A DNA stretch of 64,000 nt, from contig JAFDGC010000001.1 in assembly GCA_019309485.1 (NCBI GenBank), positions 81,772 through 145,771 on the forward strand, in the 5' to 3' direction. Made by a program: the position numbers and the translations under genes. The DNA is from Deltaproteobacteria bacterium. GTDB lineage: Bacteria > Desulfobacterota > Desulfobacteria > Desulfobacterales > UBA2156. The notes beneath the pieces were generated by a model, which was not told where the DNA came from, did no database searches, and was given only the letters and a program-made list of their open reading frames with translations. Positions 49,001 through 57,591 of the stretch are shown here, one piece after another; the stretch's first letter is position 1, and each line of letters opens with the position of its first letter.

Positions 49001-50318
49001 GGACCCGAAAAATCCCCTCCTCCTTGCCGTCAGGAGCGGGGCCTCCATTTCCCAGCCGGGTATGATGGACACTTTTTTGAATGTGGGGATGAACGAAGAG
49101 ATTGCCGAAGGCATCGCCCGGACCACCCGAAATCCATGGTTGGCCTGGGATAATTACCGCCGGTTTTTACAGTGTTACGGCATGTCTTGCGGGATGGACC
49201 GGGATGATTTCGACGCCATCATCAACAATTTCAAGGAATACTTGAAGATTCCGTTCAAGCGCCGTTTCAGCGGAGATCAAATGCGCTCCGTGGCGTTGGC
49301 ATACAAGAAATCAATCTTAGATATCGGAATTCAAATCGCCGAAGATCCCTTTGAACAACTGACGGTGACCATCCAGCAGGTGTTTGATTCCTGGGATTCC
49401 CACAAGGCCAAGGCCTATCGCCGGATTTTAGGGATTTCCGACGATTGGGGAACCGCCGTCACCGTTCAGGCCATGGTCTTCGGGAATCTTGCGGAAAGTT
49501 CCGGAAGCGGGGTTCTCTTTACGCACAATCCCCGCTGGTCCGGAGAAACCCTCGGCCTCTGGGGGGATTTTACCACGCGGAACCAGGGGGAAGACGTGGC
49601 CCTGGGGCTGGTGCGGACGCTCCCCATCTCCATCCGCCAACAGGACTCGGAACTCAGGGACACCGATACGACCCTGGAAACCCATTTCCCGGAAATCTAT
49701 CATACCCTGGAGCGGTGGGCCAACGATCTGATCCACAAGAAAGGATGGGGACCCCAGGAAATCGAATTCACCTTCGAATCCCCGTCTTCAAAAGACTTAT
49801 ATCTATTGCAAGCCCGGGACATGTTCGTCCGGGAACGGCCGGAAACCATTTCTTTCGATTTCACCCACATCAGCGAAGATCGATACCTGGGCCACGGCCT
49901 CGGCGCCGGGGGGGGGGCCATGGTCGGCCGTGCAGTCTTCAGCATAGAGGAAATCAACCACTGGCGCCGATTGGAACCGGATACCCACCTCATCCTGATC
50001 CGATCCGATACGGTTCCCGACGATATCCGTGAAATCCACGCCGCCGACGGTTTGTTGACGGCACGGGGCGGGGTCAGCTCCCATGCCGCTGTCGTGGCGT
50101 ATCGTCTCGGAAAGACGTGTGTCGTGGGATGCAACATTTTAACCTGTTACGAAAGGGAAAAAATGTGCCGGCTGAATGATACCGTCATTCGGTCCGGGGA
50201 TTTCATCAGCATCGACGGCAGGGAAGGTTCTGTTTATAAAGGCCTCGTGCCAATGATGAACAATACACCCTTTGCAAAGGACGAAGGCACCAAAGAAGAT
50301 CCAACCATCAAAGGATAA
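46089..50318 (+). CDS. PPDK-related protein: ~900-aa unknown N-terminus, ATP-grasp domain, phospho-His domain; no pyruvate-binding barrel
   Basis: LGNKG.NL, PPGF.ITT, VRSGA..PGMMDT, QAMVFGN, QGEDV, LLQAR and GGVSSHAAVVA; the ORF ends just after IDG..G.VY.G. Confidence 0.9.
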   Translation: MVQSKALEVNLADYHVDVQIDPKYRVIQEIMERYYGLAEGLNTLLRELSHPYRNWHFIAKEARTYALDYFHVFKSHPKGDQGVQRFVDIFFSALQQDRTPEVHPEAVDNLLLYLQKVIKESGPAVERFAPVIRNAFNAIRRLDDSSFFLFVKSYYSLKKHGEFLLRHPEETVGDLEPAYLLLHRYFAQTYAYWLSEPDVKTRVERELLEEDPPHDLYHLFNEVSHDRLRDLTQRLEALNRPGSGNFRERIQQLLTLPGFNQIVEVYRKIPGRLQEVGASRGRGRGWKLVFLFQIMNLPGLSDLHEETLRDINQTVGHLIQHEKGWNLEKLIQQTFVILKDSIEKYPSSALSGILNMGKGVYQTEDPGLIRFFIDSVIDLGFQTPGLSGVGDDWQIRSNSAHLLNIRTWLELVELNPKRSVRLLSCLVIYLSLSGVFIKDTDLFPRDITRLLNADIGPVYHLVKQLARLMPIFFNDIGAEGPLRDISTEIDELAHRKDLLIHFLRKQSHVESSNQIVQFIQAVFRFWATRDKAGLKPFLPPSIFEQIETKGPYIDGFHEIMAALGKEGVDRVEKLLSIEDGQLGERLRQIDSVTDTNRRRFRLAVDFYRLLVQKYSFNFIEFDRYLTHLNDESLPDIHRLKNALAETNLKKKLFGILSYLEGLKGIILSEKTYEAKEDIYKKRHFTVDIPSTYGSYREPKFDALGLSFRLESLVNTLFEEIIHQFDFSLITKATFYQIYDVLLLFEKALELDGISSLEMERHLDLISHSLEVKGFTFTQYLDIFKGLSQSVSNVIHDYFNTVYEQDLNRVLSRLSTDQILPKYLPQKQDPNPDNMMHRVSEIFFRDRIALSPGLPQLDLFISRILSTLFHQANQLPKDKLHQLLLYDPERAMMAINKPKSRILGVIYLGNKGFNLVKLHNFGFPIPPGFIITTEAFRFREVINGFPAATKNLEEQLRLHLRYLQRLTGKTFGDPKNPLLLAVRSGASISQPGMMDTFLNVGMNEEIAEGIARTTRNPWLAWDNYRRFLQCYGMSCGMDRDDFDAIINNFKEYLKIPFKRRFSGDQMRSVALAYKKSILDIGIQIAEDPFEQLTVTIQQVFDSWDSHKAKAYRRILGISDDWGTAVTVQAMVFGNLAESSGSGVLFTHNPRWSGETLGLWGDFTTRNQGEDVALGLVRTLPISIRQQDSELRDTDTTLETHFPEIYHTLERWANDLIHKKGWGPQEIEFTFESPSSKDLYLLQARDMFVRERPETISFDFTHISEDRYLGHGLGAGGGAMVGRAVFSIEEINHWRRLEPDTHLILIRSDTVPDDIREIHAADGLLTARGGVSSHAAVVAYRLGKTCVVGCNILTCYEREKMCRLNDTVIRSGDFISIDGREGSVYKGLVPMMNNTPFAKDEGTKEDPTIKG

Positions 50319-50334
50319 GTCAGGAGGGATGACC

Positions 50335-51588
50335 ATGTTTGAGGATTCTCAAGCCCCGACACTTGGTATCAACGGCCTGGGAAGAATCGGAAAGCTCACC
50401 CTGTGGGATCAAGTGGCCCGCAGGCATTTTAAAAAACTGGTGGTCAACATCGGAAGACCGGCCGGGACATCCCTGAAGGATATCGCCCATTACGTGGAGC
50501 GGGATTCCACCTACGGGATGCTGCATACCCGGCTTTACGGCAGCACCGCCGTTCCCCTCATTAAAAACATTGACGAAAACGCCGGAACCTTCGATGTGGA
50601 CGGCATCCGGGTCACCTTCCTCAGGACCCACCGGAACCCGGCGGAGATTGCCTGGCGGGATCACGGGGTTCGGCTCGTGGTGGATACTACGGGTCAGTTC
50701 CTGGACCCGTCTCTTCCCGAAGATCATCCCAAAGGGTCGTTGCGCGGTCACCTTGCAGCCGGGGCCGAAAAAGTGATCGTGTCCGCCCCCTTCAAAATCA
50801 AGGATAAAAGGACCGCCATGCCCGAAGACGCGGTCACGACGGTCATGGGAATCAACCCCCATGCCTATGATCCGAGGCGCCACCGGATCATCTCCAACGC
50901 CTCCTGCACCACCACGTGCCTGGCCCATATGATCAAGCCGATCCTGGATCATTTCGGACCGAAAAAACTCCTTTCCGCCTCCATGGCCACGGTGCACGCC
51001 GCCACCGGGTCCCAGGAAGTCCTTGATCGGCTTCCCAAGGCCGGTAAAACGGACCTTCGAAAAAACCGCAGCATCATGAATAACATCATTTTGACCACCA
51101 CCGGGGCCGCCGATGCCCTGGGCCTGGTGATACCGGAGATGCAGCGCATCGGCATCATCGCCGAATCGGTGCGCATCCCCACCACCACGGGATCCCTCAT
51201 CATCCTGGTCATGAACCTGCAAGAGGACCTGTCCGGTAACGCCATCCGCAAAGAGCGGATCAACGCCGTCTACCGTCAGGCCGCGGATTCGGATCCCAAA
51301 GGATATCTCCACTACACGGAAAACCAGAACGTCTCCTGCGATATCATCGGCTGCCCCACCGCGGCGGCCATAATCGAAGGGCATGAAACCCACACGCGCA
51401 CCGCGGAGGTCGCCATCGATCTGGAAACGGTTCCCGGGCTTGACGCCAAGATCGTCTCCTCCCTCCCGGACCATCAGATCCGGGTTCCCGTGACCCAGGC
51501 GGTGGTTTACGGATGGTACGACAACGAAATGGGAAGTTACGTCCACATGCTGGGGGATCGCATTATCTCCATTGCAGAAGACATGTAA
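50335..51588 (+). CDS. divergent glyceraldehyde-3-phosphate dehydrogenase-family protein
   Basis: GINGLGRIG, YDSTYG-like RDSTYG, SNASCTTTCLA, TVHA, TTGAA, RIPT and WYDNE; about 417 aa with insertions. Confidence 0.9.
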   Translation: MFEDSQAPTLGINGLGRIGKLTLWDQVARRHFKKLVVNIGRPAGTSLKDIAHYVERDSTYGMLHTRLYGSTAVPLIKNIDENAGTFDVDGIRVTFLRTHRNPAEIAWRDHGVRLVVDTTGQFLDPSLPEDHPKGSLRGHLAAGAEKVIVSAPFKIKDKRTAMPEDAVTTVMGINPHAYDPRRHRIISNASCTTTCLAHMIKPILDHFGPKKLLSASMATVHAATGSQEVLDRLPKAGKTDLRKNRSIMNNIILTTTGAADALGLVIPEMQRIGIIAESVRIPTTTGSLIILVMNLQEDLSGNAIRKERINAVYRQAADSDPKGYLHYTENQNVSCDIIGCPTAAAIIEGHETHTRTAEVAIDLETVPGLDAKIVSSLPDHQIRVPVTQAVVYGWYDNEMGSYVHMLGDRIISIAEDM

Positions 51589-51674
51589 GAAAGAGGACGT
51601 CACATCTCATGGATATTTTTAAACGCGCACCGGAACCGGCCGCAAAAGAATCCTGCTGCTGAAATCAGCGGCCC

Positions 51675-53207
51675 TTAACAGCGCTGCAAGAAGGCACTCC
51701 GGGTCATCCCGGCCCCGACGCTGTCGTTCACGATCGTTTTGGCCTGTCTGAGCTTTTCCAGATTTTGATTGATTCCGAATCCCTGGATCGTGTCCGGCCG
51801 TAGTGCGCCCCGCTGAAGATCATAAGGGAGGCGCTGCATGCAGACCACCGAGCAGTTGCCCCGGATATGAATGTTGGTGGCCATATTGTTGGCCAGAAAA
51901 TCCGCCACCACCTCTTTCACGTCCCCGGGGCCGCCGTTGAAAACCTGCTCCAGGGTCATGGGAATGATGGCGAAATTGGCCTGGTGTTCGATCAACAGGT
52001 CCACATCCGCCAGGGTGAGGCCGTGAGGCGCCAGCAGGCGCGACAGATGCCCCGGCGCGCTCCGCGTGGCATATAAAAAGACCCCTTTCCCGTCCATCTT
52101 CCCGAATACGCCGTCCGCATCCCGGGAAACATGGATATAATCGGCAAAACACCCGTGCGTTCGTGTCAGTGTATCGATGATGCCTTTTTCCGGCGCCTGA
52201 AAGACATACCCCGTCCCTTCATGAAGGGCGATACGGGCTTCAAGATCCCTGGACAAAAAAACCGAGGCCACCCGTCGGTACTTCCCGGACCGGACATAGG
52301 CCCCGGCAACAGATTCCACCAGATGGGGTTTTGCCTCCAGGGACATGATATCGAAGGCGAAAAAAGGGGCATGGTGATCATAGAAATCGAGTGCGTCTTT
52401 GAACCGGACAAAGCGTCCGTTTTGGGCGGCATCCGGATGCTTCTGCGCCACCAGGGCATGTTGGATCCTCGCCGCCGTGGCCGGAATACGATTCTCGATG
52501 CTCCCCAGGTGGTGGTCCAGGATCAGCCCGTCTAAGGGCTCGGATCCGATGAGGGGCAAGAGCCGTTCGGCGATTTCGGATATGGGATCCTTTTGCACCC
52601 TGAAACCGGGAAGCGTTTTCGTTGCGTACCGCCCCTCCGACGCCGGTACGCCCCGGGTCTCCAGGGCCGTGGCCATGGCGTCATCGCCGAAGATGATATG
52701 GGCCGTGTCGTCGGGCCGGAACGCCTGGGCCCGGTGGATGTTCTCCGCACCCACAATCACCGTGACATCCCCCGGGGCCAGGACACCGCTCAAGGAGAGC
52801 ATGAAGGCCAGCTCCACGGCCACATTGTATCCGGGGCAGCCGGCGTACAAATCGAACACCAGGGCCTCGGGGCACGCCTCTTTCACGATTTCATAGGGAT
52901 ATCGGATCAAAGGACCCCGATCGAATTTATCCTCCCCCACGTTGGTGGCACCGATGAGGATCTTGATCCGTTTGGGATCCACGACGCCGGTGTCGAGAAG
53001 GTTTTTCAGAGCCGCCACCCCGATCCGCTCATGGGGAGGCGCGGCCACCCGGGTCCGGATACCGATCCGCGACTGGATGGTGCCGTTGGTGACGGGGATG
53101 TTTCCCTTGAAAAACATGTTCTTGTTTTCAAAGGCGGAATTATCAACAAGGGTCCCGCCGTTCCATGCCCCCTGGCCGATCACGGTCAAGATTGTTTCAA
53201 GCGCCAA
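51675..53207 (-). CDS. enlarged 3-oxoacyl-ACP synthase III (FabH)-like protein
   Basis: RIGIRTR, FDLYAGC, IFGDDA, MDGKGVF, EHQAN and GNCS. TTG at 53207 follows AGAGGGA. Confidence 0.75.
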   Translation of the reverse strand: MALETILTVIGQGAWNGGTLVDNSAFENKNMFFKGNIPVTNGTIQSRIGIRTRVAAPPHERIGVAALKNLLDTGVVDPKRIKILIGATNVGEDKFDRGPLIRYPYEIVKEACPEALVFDLYAGCPGYNVAVELAFMLSLSGVLAPGDVTVIVGAENIHRAQAFRPDDTAHIIFGDDAMATALETRGVPASEGRYATKTLPGFRVQKDPISEIAERLLPLIGSEPLDGLILDHHLGSIENRIPATAARIQHALVAQKHPDAAQNGRFVRFKDALDFYDHHAPFFAFDIMSLEAKPHLVESVAGAYVRSGKYRRVASVFLSRDLEARIALHEGTGYVFQAPEKGIIDTLTRTHGCFADYIHVSRDADGVFGKMDGKGVFLYATRSAPGHLSRLLAPHGLTLADVDLLIEHQANFAIIPMTLEQVFNGGPGDVKEVVADFLANNMATNIHIRGNCSVVCMQRLPYDLQRGALRPDTIQGFGINQNLEKLRQAKTIVNDSVGAGMTRSAFLQRC

Positions 53208-53245
53208 AGACGTCCCTCTTTGATGGGGTTTCAAGTTCCATTCCT

Positions 53246-54556
53246 CTATAGCCGCCAGTAACGGATCTTTTTTTCCTCGGCTTCGGCAGGATCGAATCCG
53301 CCCTTGACATCCACCAGCAACGGCGTGGCATTGGCGCACAGACCGGCGATCCTCTCCAGCCCCATCTGCGCGTAGTGGGTGTGGATCACCGCCACGATGA
53401 CCGCATCCACGCTGGACAGGGCGTCCAGTTCCTCGAGGCGTATCCCCAGGTATTCCAAGCTTTCATCGGGATCCGCCAAGGGATCATGAATCCGCACGCG
53501 AATGCCGTATGCTTCAAGTTCATGAATAATATCCACCACCTGCGTGTTGCGGATGTCCGGAACGTTTTCCTTGAAGGTGATCCCGAGAACGGCCACCGAG
53601 GATCCCCGGACTTGGCGCCCTTCTTCGATAAGGAGTTTTACGGTGCGTTCGGCCACGTATTTTCCCATGTTATCGTTGATGCGCCGTCCGGCAAGGATCA
53701 TTTCCGGATGGTACCCCAGCGATTCCGCCTTGAATGTCAGGTAATAAGGATCCACGCCGATACAGTGCCCCCCCACAAGGCCCGGCATGAAGGGCAAAAA
53801 ATTCCATTTGGTCCCCGCCGCCTCCAGCACCTCCCGGGTGTCGATATGCATCCGGTCGAAAATCATGGACAGCTCATTCATCAAGGCGATGTTCAAATCC
53901 CTTTGGGTGTTCTCGATGACCTTGGCGGCTTCGGCCACTTTGATGGAAGAGACGGGATGAATCCCCGCGGAAACGACCCTTCCGTAGACCCGGGACAACA
54001 GGGCGGTCGTTTCCGCATCACTCCCGGCAACGATCTTGACGATGGTTTCGAGGCGGTGTTGCCGGTCTCCCGGGTTGATCCGTTCGGGCGAATACCCCAC
54101 CGTGAAGTCTTTTCCGAACTCAAGGCCGGAGGCTTCTTCCAGAATCGGGATGCAGACGTCTTCGGTGGCCCCCGGGAAAACCGTGGATTCGTATACGATG
54201 CAGCTTCCCTTGTTCAGTTGGTTTCCCACGGTTCGGGAAGCGCTTTTCAAGGGATTGAGATCCGGGATCCGGTAGCCGTCGATGGGCGTGGGGACCGCCA
54301 CGATGACAAAACGACAGGCGGCCAGGTCGTCGGGGCGGCTTGTGTATTCCAGCCGCACTTTTGTCATCTCTTCCCTTGACACTTCAAGGGTGCGATCCCA
54401 TCCGGAGCGCAGTTCGGCGATGCGATCCGCCTTCAAGTCGTATCCCACCACATCGAAATGCCGCGCCATGGCCACGGCAAGGGGGAGTCCCACGTACCCC
54501 AGGCCCACCACGGCAAGGCGATCCTTTTGCTGGATCAAAGACTCGAATGTCACCAC
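53246..54556 (-). CDS. UDP-N-acetylhexosamine 6-dehydrogenase (WbpO/TviB-like)
   Basis: GLGYVGLP, VPTP, ESTV.PG, SPERINPG, KVIENTQRD, GGHCIGVDP and FKEN.PD.RN. Confidence 0.93.
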   Translation of the reverse strand: MVTFESLIQQKDRLAVVGLGYVGLPLAVAMARHFDVVGYDLKADRIAELRSGWDRTLEVSREEMTKVRLEYTSRPDDLAACRFVIVAVPTPIDGYRIPDLNPLKSASRTVGNQLNKGSCIVYESTVFPGATEDVCIPILEEASGLEFGKDFTVGYSPERINPGDRQHRLETIVKIVAGSDAETTALLSRVYGRVVSAGIHPVSSIKVAEAAKVIENTQRDLNIALMNELSMIFDRMHIDTREVLEAAGTKWNFLPFMPGLVGGHCIGVDPYYLTFKAESLGYHPEMILAGRRINDNMGKYVAERTVKLLIEEGRQVRGSSVAVLGITFKENVPDIRNTQVVDIIHELEAYGIRVRIHDPLADPDESLEYLGIRLEELDALSSVDAVIVAVIHTHYAQMGLERIAGLCANATPLLVDVKGGFDPAEAEEKKIRYWRL

Positions 54557-54667
54557 CTGGCACCTCCCCCGTCCACGCCTTGATTTACCTTCAGGCAACC
54601 GGTCATTTCAAGGCTTTTTTGCCTGAATCGCGCATCATCCCGCCCCAACAGGGACTCTCCTCGGTTT

Positions 54668-55426
54668 CTACGCATTTTCCATCTCACCCGCAGGGCGCGT
54701 TGGAGGCCCCTGGGCGCTGGAGCGCCCTGCCGCCGCGGTGAGGCGCCGGATCTCTTGGGTCGTCAGATACCGCCATTTTCCCTCCGGAAGTTTCCCCAAA
54801 TCGATCCCCGCAAACCGGATCCGTTTCAGTTCCTTCACCCGGTTTCCGAGGGCTTCCACCATGCGCCGGATCTGCCGTTTTTTTCCTTCCTTGAGCACGA
54901 TACGAAAAGTGTTTTCCGAAATGCGCCGGATCCGTGCAGGCCGGGTACGACCCTCCTTCAGGGGTACGCCCGCCGCCATCTGAAACAGGGCGTAGTCTTC
55001 CACGGGTGTTCTCGTGACCACTTCGTATTCTTTTTCGTGATCGAAAGACGGATGCAATAACCGGTGGTGGAGTTCTCCGTCATTGGTCAGAATCAAAAGT
55101 CCCGTGGAATCCTTGTCGAGGCGACCCACGGGAAAAAGCCGCGCGGAAACCGGGACCAGGTCGAGAACGACCCGCCGCCCCGACTGCCGACAACTGCTGA
55201 TCACGCCTTTGGGCTTGTTCAATGCGATATACAACGGGGGTTCCCCCGTTTCAACGGAATTCCCGTCCACCGTCACCCGGTCTTTTTCCGGATCCACCCG
55301 GGTTCCCGGCGTCGTGACAACATCGCCGTTCACCGCCACGCGGCCGGCTTCGATCAACGCCTCTCCTTTTCGACGGGAACAAACACCGGCGCTGGATAAA
55401 AATTTCTGGAGACGGATCCGCGTCAT
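54668..55426 (-). CDS. rRNA pseudouridine synthase (RsuA/RluB family)
   Basis: S4 domain RLQKFLS..G..SRR, NKPKG, VGRLDKDSTGL, EKEY and EGKKRQIRRM. Confidence 0.93.
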   Translation of the reverse strand: MTRIRLQKFLSSAGVCSRRKGEALIEAGRVAVNGDVVTTPGTRVDPEKDRVTVDGNSVETGEPPLYIALNKPKGVISSCRQSGRRVVLDLVPVSARLFPVGRLDKDSTGLLILTNDGELHHRLLHPSFDHEKEYEVVTRTPVEDYALFQMAAGVPLKEGRTRPARIRRISENTFRIVLKEGKKRQIRRMVEALGNRVKELKRIRFAGIDLGKLPEGKWRYLTTQEIRRLTAAAGRSSAQGPPTRPAGEMENA

Positions 55427-55481
55427 TTCCGTTTTTTCATCTAAAATTCGGCGGGAATAAAAGCGCCGGGGCAAGACCGGG

Positions 55482-56657
55482 CTAGCTCCGGTAATGGGCA
55501 TTGATCTTGACGTAGTCCACGGAAAGATCGGAGGTAACAACGGCGGCACCGGCGGAGCCTTGCCCCAACGAGACTTTCAGGCAAAATTCCGGCCGGCGCA
55601 ACACCCGGGTCGCCTCGGCCTCGGCCGTCTTTCCGCATCCGACGCCGCCTTTCACCAGGCGCACATCATTGAAAAAAACGTCGATTTTCTCCGGATCCAC
55701 CAAGATGCCGGCGCGGCCCACGGCCGCCAATATCCGGCCCCAATTGGCATCCTCGCCGAACAGGGCGGTCTTTACCAGACTCGAGGTGGCCACCGTTTCC
55801 GCAACCCGCCGGGCGGCTTCTGCCGACAAAGCCCCTTCCACGATGATCTCCACCACTTTGGTGACCCCCTCCCCGTCTCTGACAAGATCCCGGGCAAGGG
55901 TTCCCAGGACATCGTCCAGAATGCGCTGGAATTTCTCCAGGGAGACATCACCGGCCAGGGCGGCTCCGGATGCGCCGTTTGCCAGGATCAAAACCGTGTC
56001 GTTGGTACTCATATCGCCGTCAATGCTGATGCGGTTCAAAGACCCTTCCACCGAACGAAAAAGCGCCCGATGGAGATCCTTTGCCGGCGCCTCGAGATCC
56101 GTGCACACGAAACACAGCAGTGTGGCCATGTGCGGATGGATCATCCCCGCACCCTTGGCAATACCCGTCACCGCGTATTCCACTCCATCCAGGACACCTT
56201 TTCTCGAGACCACCTTGGGCCGGGTGTCCGTGGTGAGAATCGCCTCGGCAAAGTCAAGAACGCCCTCCGGCCGGAGTCGGCGCACCAGTTCGGGAATGGC
56301 GTTTTCGATCCTTTCGATGGGAAGGGGTTCCCCGATGACGCCGGTGGAGGCCGCCAGGACTTCCTCTGCTTCAACGCCCAGGGCGGAAGCAGTGCACCGG
56401 GTCATGGTCTCGGCGTCCTGCATCCCTTTTGGACCGGTGCAGCAGTTGGCGTTTCCGCTGTTCACGATGATGGACCGGCACCATCCGGAACGGATCCGTT
56501 TTCGATCCAGCAACACCGGTGCGGCCTGGACCCGGTTGGTGGTGAACACCCCGGCCGCATTGGCAGGCACGTCGGCGTGCAACAGGCCAAGATCCTTCTT
56601 TTCAGTCCCCTTGATGCCGGCACAAAGACCGGCGGCCCGAAACCCTTTGGGTAACAT
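55482..56657 (-). CDS. argJ: ornithine acetyltransferase / N-acetylglutamate synthase
   Basis: NSGNAN, STGVIG, TTDT, KGAGMIHP.MAT, STND, DGEG and DANWGR. Confidence 0.97.
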   Translation of the reverse strand: MLPKGFRAAGLCAGIKGTEKKDLGLLHADVPANAAGVFTTNRVQAAPVLLDRKRIRSGWCRSIIVNSGNANCCTGPKGMQDAETMTRCTASALGVEAEEVLAASTGVIGEPLPIERIENAIPELVRRLRPEGVLDFAEAILTTDTRPKVVSRKGVLDGVEYAVTGIAKGAGMIHPHMATLLCFVCTDLEAPAKDLHRALFRSVEGSLNRISIDGDMSTNDTVLILANGASGAALAGDVSLEKFQRILDDVLGTLARDLVRDGEGVTKVVEIIVEGALSAEAARRVAETVATSSLVKTALFGEDANWGRILAAVGRAGILVDPEKIDVFFNDVRLVKGGVGCGKTAEAEATRVLRRPEFCLKVSLGQGSAGAAVVTSDLSVDYVKINAHYRS

Positions 56658-56690
56658 GGATGATTTATGCTTCCTTTTTATGTTTGACGT

Positions 56691-56718
56691 ACTTTATCAA
56701 AAAAGGGATTCTTGTCAA
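56691..56718 (-). promoter_or_regulatory. sigma70 promoter for the argJ operon
   Basis: TTGACA-16bp-TAAAGT with a TG extension. Confidence 0.5.
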
Positions 56719-56853
56719 TCTCGGGGGCTGAAACGGCGATGCCGGCACAAACACGGTTTTAAATGGGGCTTGATTTCACGCGTCAGATCCCACATGATAA
56801 AAAACCGGGTGGAGCCCCCCGCCTGAAGGGCGGCGCTCCCCGGTAAGGAAGTC

Positions 56854-57591
56854 ATGCCCAATTTCAAGCTCCTCATAGAATACGACGGCACCGCCTACCA
56901 CGGCTGGCAGCGGCAGAAGCACCACCCCACCGTCCAGGGGGAAATCGAAGCCGTTTTGGAAACCATGACCGGGCAAAAAGCGACCGTCATCGGCTCCGGA
57001 AGAACCGACGCCGGCGTTCACGCCCTGGGGCAGGTGGCGCATTTTCACAGTAAAACCCGCCTTTCCCCGAAAACCCTCTTGTCCGGACTCAACAGTCTCC
57101 TGCCCGAGGACATCGTGATCCATCGGGTGGTGAAAGTGAAAAAAGACTTTCACGCCCGGTACCACGCCCGGGCCAAGACTTACCAGTACCGCATCTTGAA
57201 CCGCCCCATCCGGGGGGCCATCGGCCGGAATTATGCCTGGCACGTGCGAAAGCCCCTGGATGTGGCGGCCATGCGTTCGGCCGCGGCGTGTCTTCTGGGC
57301 ACCCACGATTTCAAGTCTTTTGAAGGGGCCGGAAGCCCCCGATCCCACACCAGGCGCACCCTGACGAAAGCAACGATTTCCAAGGCGCCGGGCGGGTTCA
57401 TCGTGTTTGAATTTCGCGCCGACGGATTCCTCAAGGCGATGGTGCGGAACATGGTGGGAACCCTGGTCTCCGTGGGCCTGAAAAAACGCCGGCCCGAGGA
57501 AGTGAACCAAATCCTGCTTTCAAAAGACCGCCGTCTTGCCGGTTCCACGGCCCCATCCCGGGGTCTGATCCTGAAACGCGTCACCTATTGA
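56854..57591 (+). CDS. truA: tRNA pseudouridine(38-40) synthase
   Basis: YDGT.Y.GWQ.Q, GRTDAGVHA, G.HDF.SF, GFL..MVR and TAP..GL.L. Confidence 0.97.
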   Translation: MPNFKLLIEYDGTAYHGWQRQKHHPTVQGEIEAVLETMTGQKATVIGSGRTDAGVHALGQVAHFHSKTRLSPKTLLSGLNSLLPEDIVIHRVVKVKKDFHARYHARAKTYQYRILNRPIRGAIGRNYAWHVRKPLDVAAMRSAAACLLGTHDFKSFEGAGSPRSHTRRTLTKATISKAPGGFIVFEFRADGFLKAMVRNMVGTLVSVGLKKRRPEEVNQILLSKDRRLAGSTAPSRGLILKRVTY

